From positions 420,001 to 452,000 of the forward strand of contig NZ_CP047931.1 in NCBI RefSeq assembly GCF_014280175.1: 32,000 bases of DNA. Direction: 5' to 3'. The notes under the pieces were generated by a model. That model did no database searches. It was not told where the DNA came from and saw only the letters and a program-made list of their open reading frames with translations. Positions within the stretch are counted from its first letter, which is position 1. Each line of letters begins with the position of its first letter. Shown in pieces: positions 29,911 through 32,000 of the stretch. Position numbers and translations under genes: made by a program. This DNA comes from Synechococcus sp. A15-28 (GTDB lineage Bacteria > Cyanobacteriota > Cyanobacteriia > PCC-6307 > Cyanobiaceae).

Positions 29911-30953
29911 ACACCTCTCCGCTGCCCGTGCTGATGGTGGTGCCGACCGGGATCGGTTGCTCGATCGGAGGGTTTGCCGGTGATGCGCTTCCCAGCGCCC
30001 GCTTGCTGGCGGCCGCCAGTGGTTGTCTGATCACCCACCCCAATGTGATGAACGGGGCGGCGCTGTACTGGCGCGACCCCCGCATCCACTACGTGGAGGG
30101 ATACGGGCTCGATCGCTTTGCTGTTGGCGACTGGGACCTCCGGCCGGTGCGGCGCCAGCGGATCGGCCTGCTGCTGGATGCCGGCATCGAAGCGGAATTG
30201 GCACAGCGACAGATTCAGGTGGCCGAAGCCTGCCGAGCCAGCCTTGGTCTGGAGATCGGTCCGGTGGTGACGACGGATCAACCCCTGGAGGTGCAGCTGG
30301 AGCAGGGCAGCAGTGGTTCTAGCTGGGGGCATCTGGGCCGTCCCGATGCCCTGCTCAGGGCTGGCGAGCGGCTCAGAACTGCTGGGGCCTCGGCCATCGC
30401 CGTGGTGGCCCGCTTCCCTGAAGACCCAGCCAGTGAAGAGCTGGCGGCCTACCGCGCCGGGAGCGGCGTTGATGCTTTGGCGGGCGCAGAGGCGGTGATC
30501 AGCCATCTGCTGGTGCGGCACCTGCAGATCCCCTGTGCCCACGCTCCCGCCCTGGCTCCACTGCCCTTGGACCCACAGCTGGATCCCCGGGCGGCCGGCG
30601 AGGAGTTGGGGTACACCTTCCTGGCCTGTGTGCTGGTGGGCCTCAGCCAGGCGCCGGATCTGCTGCCGGCCGGACAAGGTCCACTTCAGGCCGCTCAGTT
30701 GGGGGCAGTGGTGGCGCCGGAGGGCGCCCTCGGCGGAGAAGCCGTTCTGTCCTGCCTCGAGCGTGAGGTGCCGTTGATCACCGTGGCCAACCCCTCGGTT
30801 CTGGATGTGTCGGCTGAGGCCCTCGGTCTTGACCACGGCGTGCGGCAGGCGACCAGTTACGCCGAGGCCGCCGGCTGGCTGCTGGCGCTGCGGGAGGGAG
30901 TCGCGGCTGGTTCCTTGCAGCGGCCCCTGCCCCCGCTGGAGCGATTGACCTGA
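29907..30953 (+). CDS. Conserved protein of unknown function (I recall this N-terminal motif as DUF3326-type)
   Basis: The N-terminal motif is 'LMVVPTGIGCSIGGFAGDALPSARLLA'. The protein is 348 aa and its stop overlaps the next start (TGATG at 30951-30955). The family name is from memory only. Confidence 0.6.
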   Translation: MNTSPLPVLMVVPTGIGCSIGGFAGDALPSARLLAAASGCLITHPNVMNGAALYWRDPRIHYVEGYGLDRFAVGDWDLRPVRRQRIGLLLDAGIEAELAQRQIQVAEACRASLGLEIGPVVTTDQPLEVQLEQGSSGSSWGHLGRPDALLRAGERLRTAGASAIAVVARFPEDPASEELAAYRAGSGVDALAGAEAVISHLLVRHLQIPCAHAPALAPLPLDPQLDPRAAGEELGYTFLACVLVGLSQAPDLLPAGQGPLQAAQLGAVVAPEGALGGEAVLSCLEREVPLITVANPSVLDVSAEALGLDHGVRQATSYAEAAGWLLALREGVAAGSLQRPLPPLERLT

Positions 30954-31360
30954 TGCCCGGAGGCTTCGCCCTGGATCCAGGCCCCTGCCCCTGTGGAGGT
31001 GGTGAGTACAGCCGCTGTTGCGGGCCGTTCCACCGTGGGGAGCGGCGGGCGGAGACCGCCGAACAGTTGATGCGTTCCCGTTATTCCGCCTTCGCCAAAA
31101 GGGAGGTGGACTACCTGCGTCGCACCCATGGCCAGCCGGCGCCGCGCCGCGCCCTGCTCCAGGCCTGCCGTCAGACGACGTGGCTGGGCCTGACGATCCA
31201 TGCCGTCGATGGGGGTGGTGGGGATGATCTGGAGGGAACCGTTCGCTTTGAGGCCCGGCACCAGCAGGGGGTGCTGGTGGAGACGTCGCTGTTTCAGCGC
31301 CGTGGTGGCTCTCTCGCTGGGGAGTGGCTTTACATCCGCGCCCTTGAGCTGAACGACTAA
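30953..31360 (+). CDS. ychJ: YchJ-family (UPF0225) SEC-C motif protein
   Basis: 'CPCGGGEYSRCCGPFH' is the SEC-C metal-binding motif. 'AEQLMRSRYSAFA' is the YchJ signature. Confidence 0.8.
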   Translation: MPGGFALDPGPCPCGGGEYSRCCGPFHRGERRAETAEQLMRSRYSAFAKREVDYLRRTHGQPAPRRALLQACRQTTWLGLTIHAVDGGGGDDLEGTVRFEARHQQGVLVETSLFQRRGGSLAGEWLYIRALELND

Positions 31361-32000
31361 CGCAGGCAGGCCATCGGATGCCGAGGCGGAACCCCAAGGG
31401 CCTTGGCGACCCCTGGATGGCAGACGGATCCCTGCACGGTGTTCAGGCCGGAGAGCAGTTCCGGCCGTTCAGTGACGGCTTCCTCGAGGCCTCTGCCCGC
31501 AATACCAAGGATGTACGGAAGCGTCACGCTCACCAGGGCCTCGGTGGAGGTGAAGGGCACGGCCCCGGGCATGTTGCCCACGGCGTAGTGCTGCACCCCA
31601 TGGATGCAGACGGTGGGGTCGGTGTGGGTGGTTTCGCGGCTGGTGGCGATACAGCCCCCCTGGTCAATGGCCACATCGACGATCACCGAACCGGCTCGCA
31701 TCTGCTGCACCATCCCCTCATCCACCAGGGTTGGAGCCCGGCCTCCCGGCGTGAGCACCGCGCCGATCACCAGATCCGCCGTGGGTACAAGCCGCTCCAG
31801 CAGGCCGCGGCTGCTCACCACGCTCATTAATCTCCCGCGCCGGTCGGCCTCCAGGCTGCGCAGGCGTTGGGGAGAGCGATCCAGCAGCAGCACTTCGGCA
31901 TCCATGGCAGCCGCCGTGCGGGCGGCATTCCAGCCCACGGTGCCGGCCCCCAACACGACCACTCGTGCCGGTTGCACCCCGGTGCAGCCCCCCATCAACA
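31357..32000 (-). CDS. ald: Alanine dehydrogenase, C-terminal part (the 5' end lies beyond the window)
   Basis: The NAD-binding motif 'VVVLGAGTVGWNAARTAAAMDAEVLLLD' and 'AIDQGGCIATSRETTHTDP...HGVQHYAVGNMPGAVP' are Ald/PNT-family signatures. The frame is open to the window edge. Confidence 0.9.
   Translation of the reverse strand, partial: LMGGCTGVQPARVVVLGAGTVGWNAARTAAAMDAEVLLLDRSPQRLRSLEADRRGRLMSVVSSRGLLERLVPTADLVIGAVLTPGGRAPTLVDEGMVQQMRAGSVIVDVAIDQGGCIATSRETTHTDPTVCIHGVQHYAVGNMPGAVPFTSTEALVSVTLPYILGIAGRGLEEAVTERPELLSGLNTVQGSVCHPGVAKALGVPPRHPMACLR

Noticed and set aside
29562-31397. 611-aa ORF on the minus strand spanning four plus-strand genes
   Set aside because: It is antisense to the ferredoxin/DUF/YchJ genes, which have recognisable motifs. 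Its Arg/Pro/Gly-rich composition is typical of a GC-driven artefact.

Overview
The window looks like a high-GC marine Synechococcus-type picocyanobacterial chromosome. This assignment rests on gene content only: the apcE-apcABC allophycocyanin genes, the cyanobacterial atp1 operon order including a b' subunit, glnB with an NtcA box, and ccs1/ccdA. Roughly 11-32 kb is ordinary core genome. It contains glnB, queF, ftsW-ccdA-ccsB, a peptidoglycan amidase-like gene, tlyA, apcE/apcABC, a CpcM-like methyltransferase, and an eight-gene ATP synthase operon. After that come a 2OG-oxygenase-like gene, a translationally coupled ferredoxin/small ORF/DUF/YchJ unit, and the 3' part of ald.

The accessory part is the first ~8.5 kb, a Kps-type (group-2-capsule-like) surface-polysaccharide module. 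It comprises a two-domain KpsC, a clearly AT-rich inserted sulfotransferase-like gene, and a KpsS fused in frame to a PlsC-type acyltransferase domain. An operon of an OlsB-like N-acyltransferase, a dedicated acyl carrier protein and a KAS II condensing enzyme follows, then a Wza/KpsD-type exporter. I read this as a capsule or glycolipid system that builds its own, possibly amino-acid-based, lipid anchor. That reading is inference from domain signatures recognised by eye.

A second AT-rich, ORF-poor islet (about 9.86-10.7 kb, between purB and glnB) contains only decayed reading frames and one small-RNA-like unit. I found no rRNA, tRNA, CRISPR array, transposase or integrase. The ORF track accepts TTG/GTG starts and takes the longest ORF, so several starts were re-set by eye and remain uncertain. 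The many long antisense ORFs are treated as high-GC artefacts.
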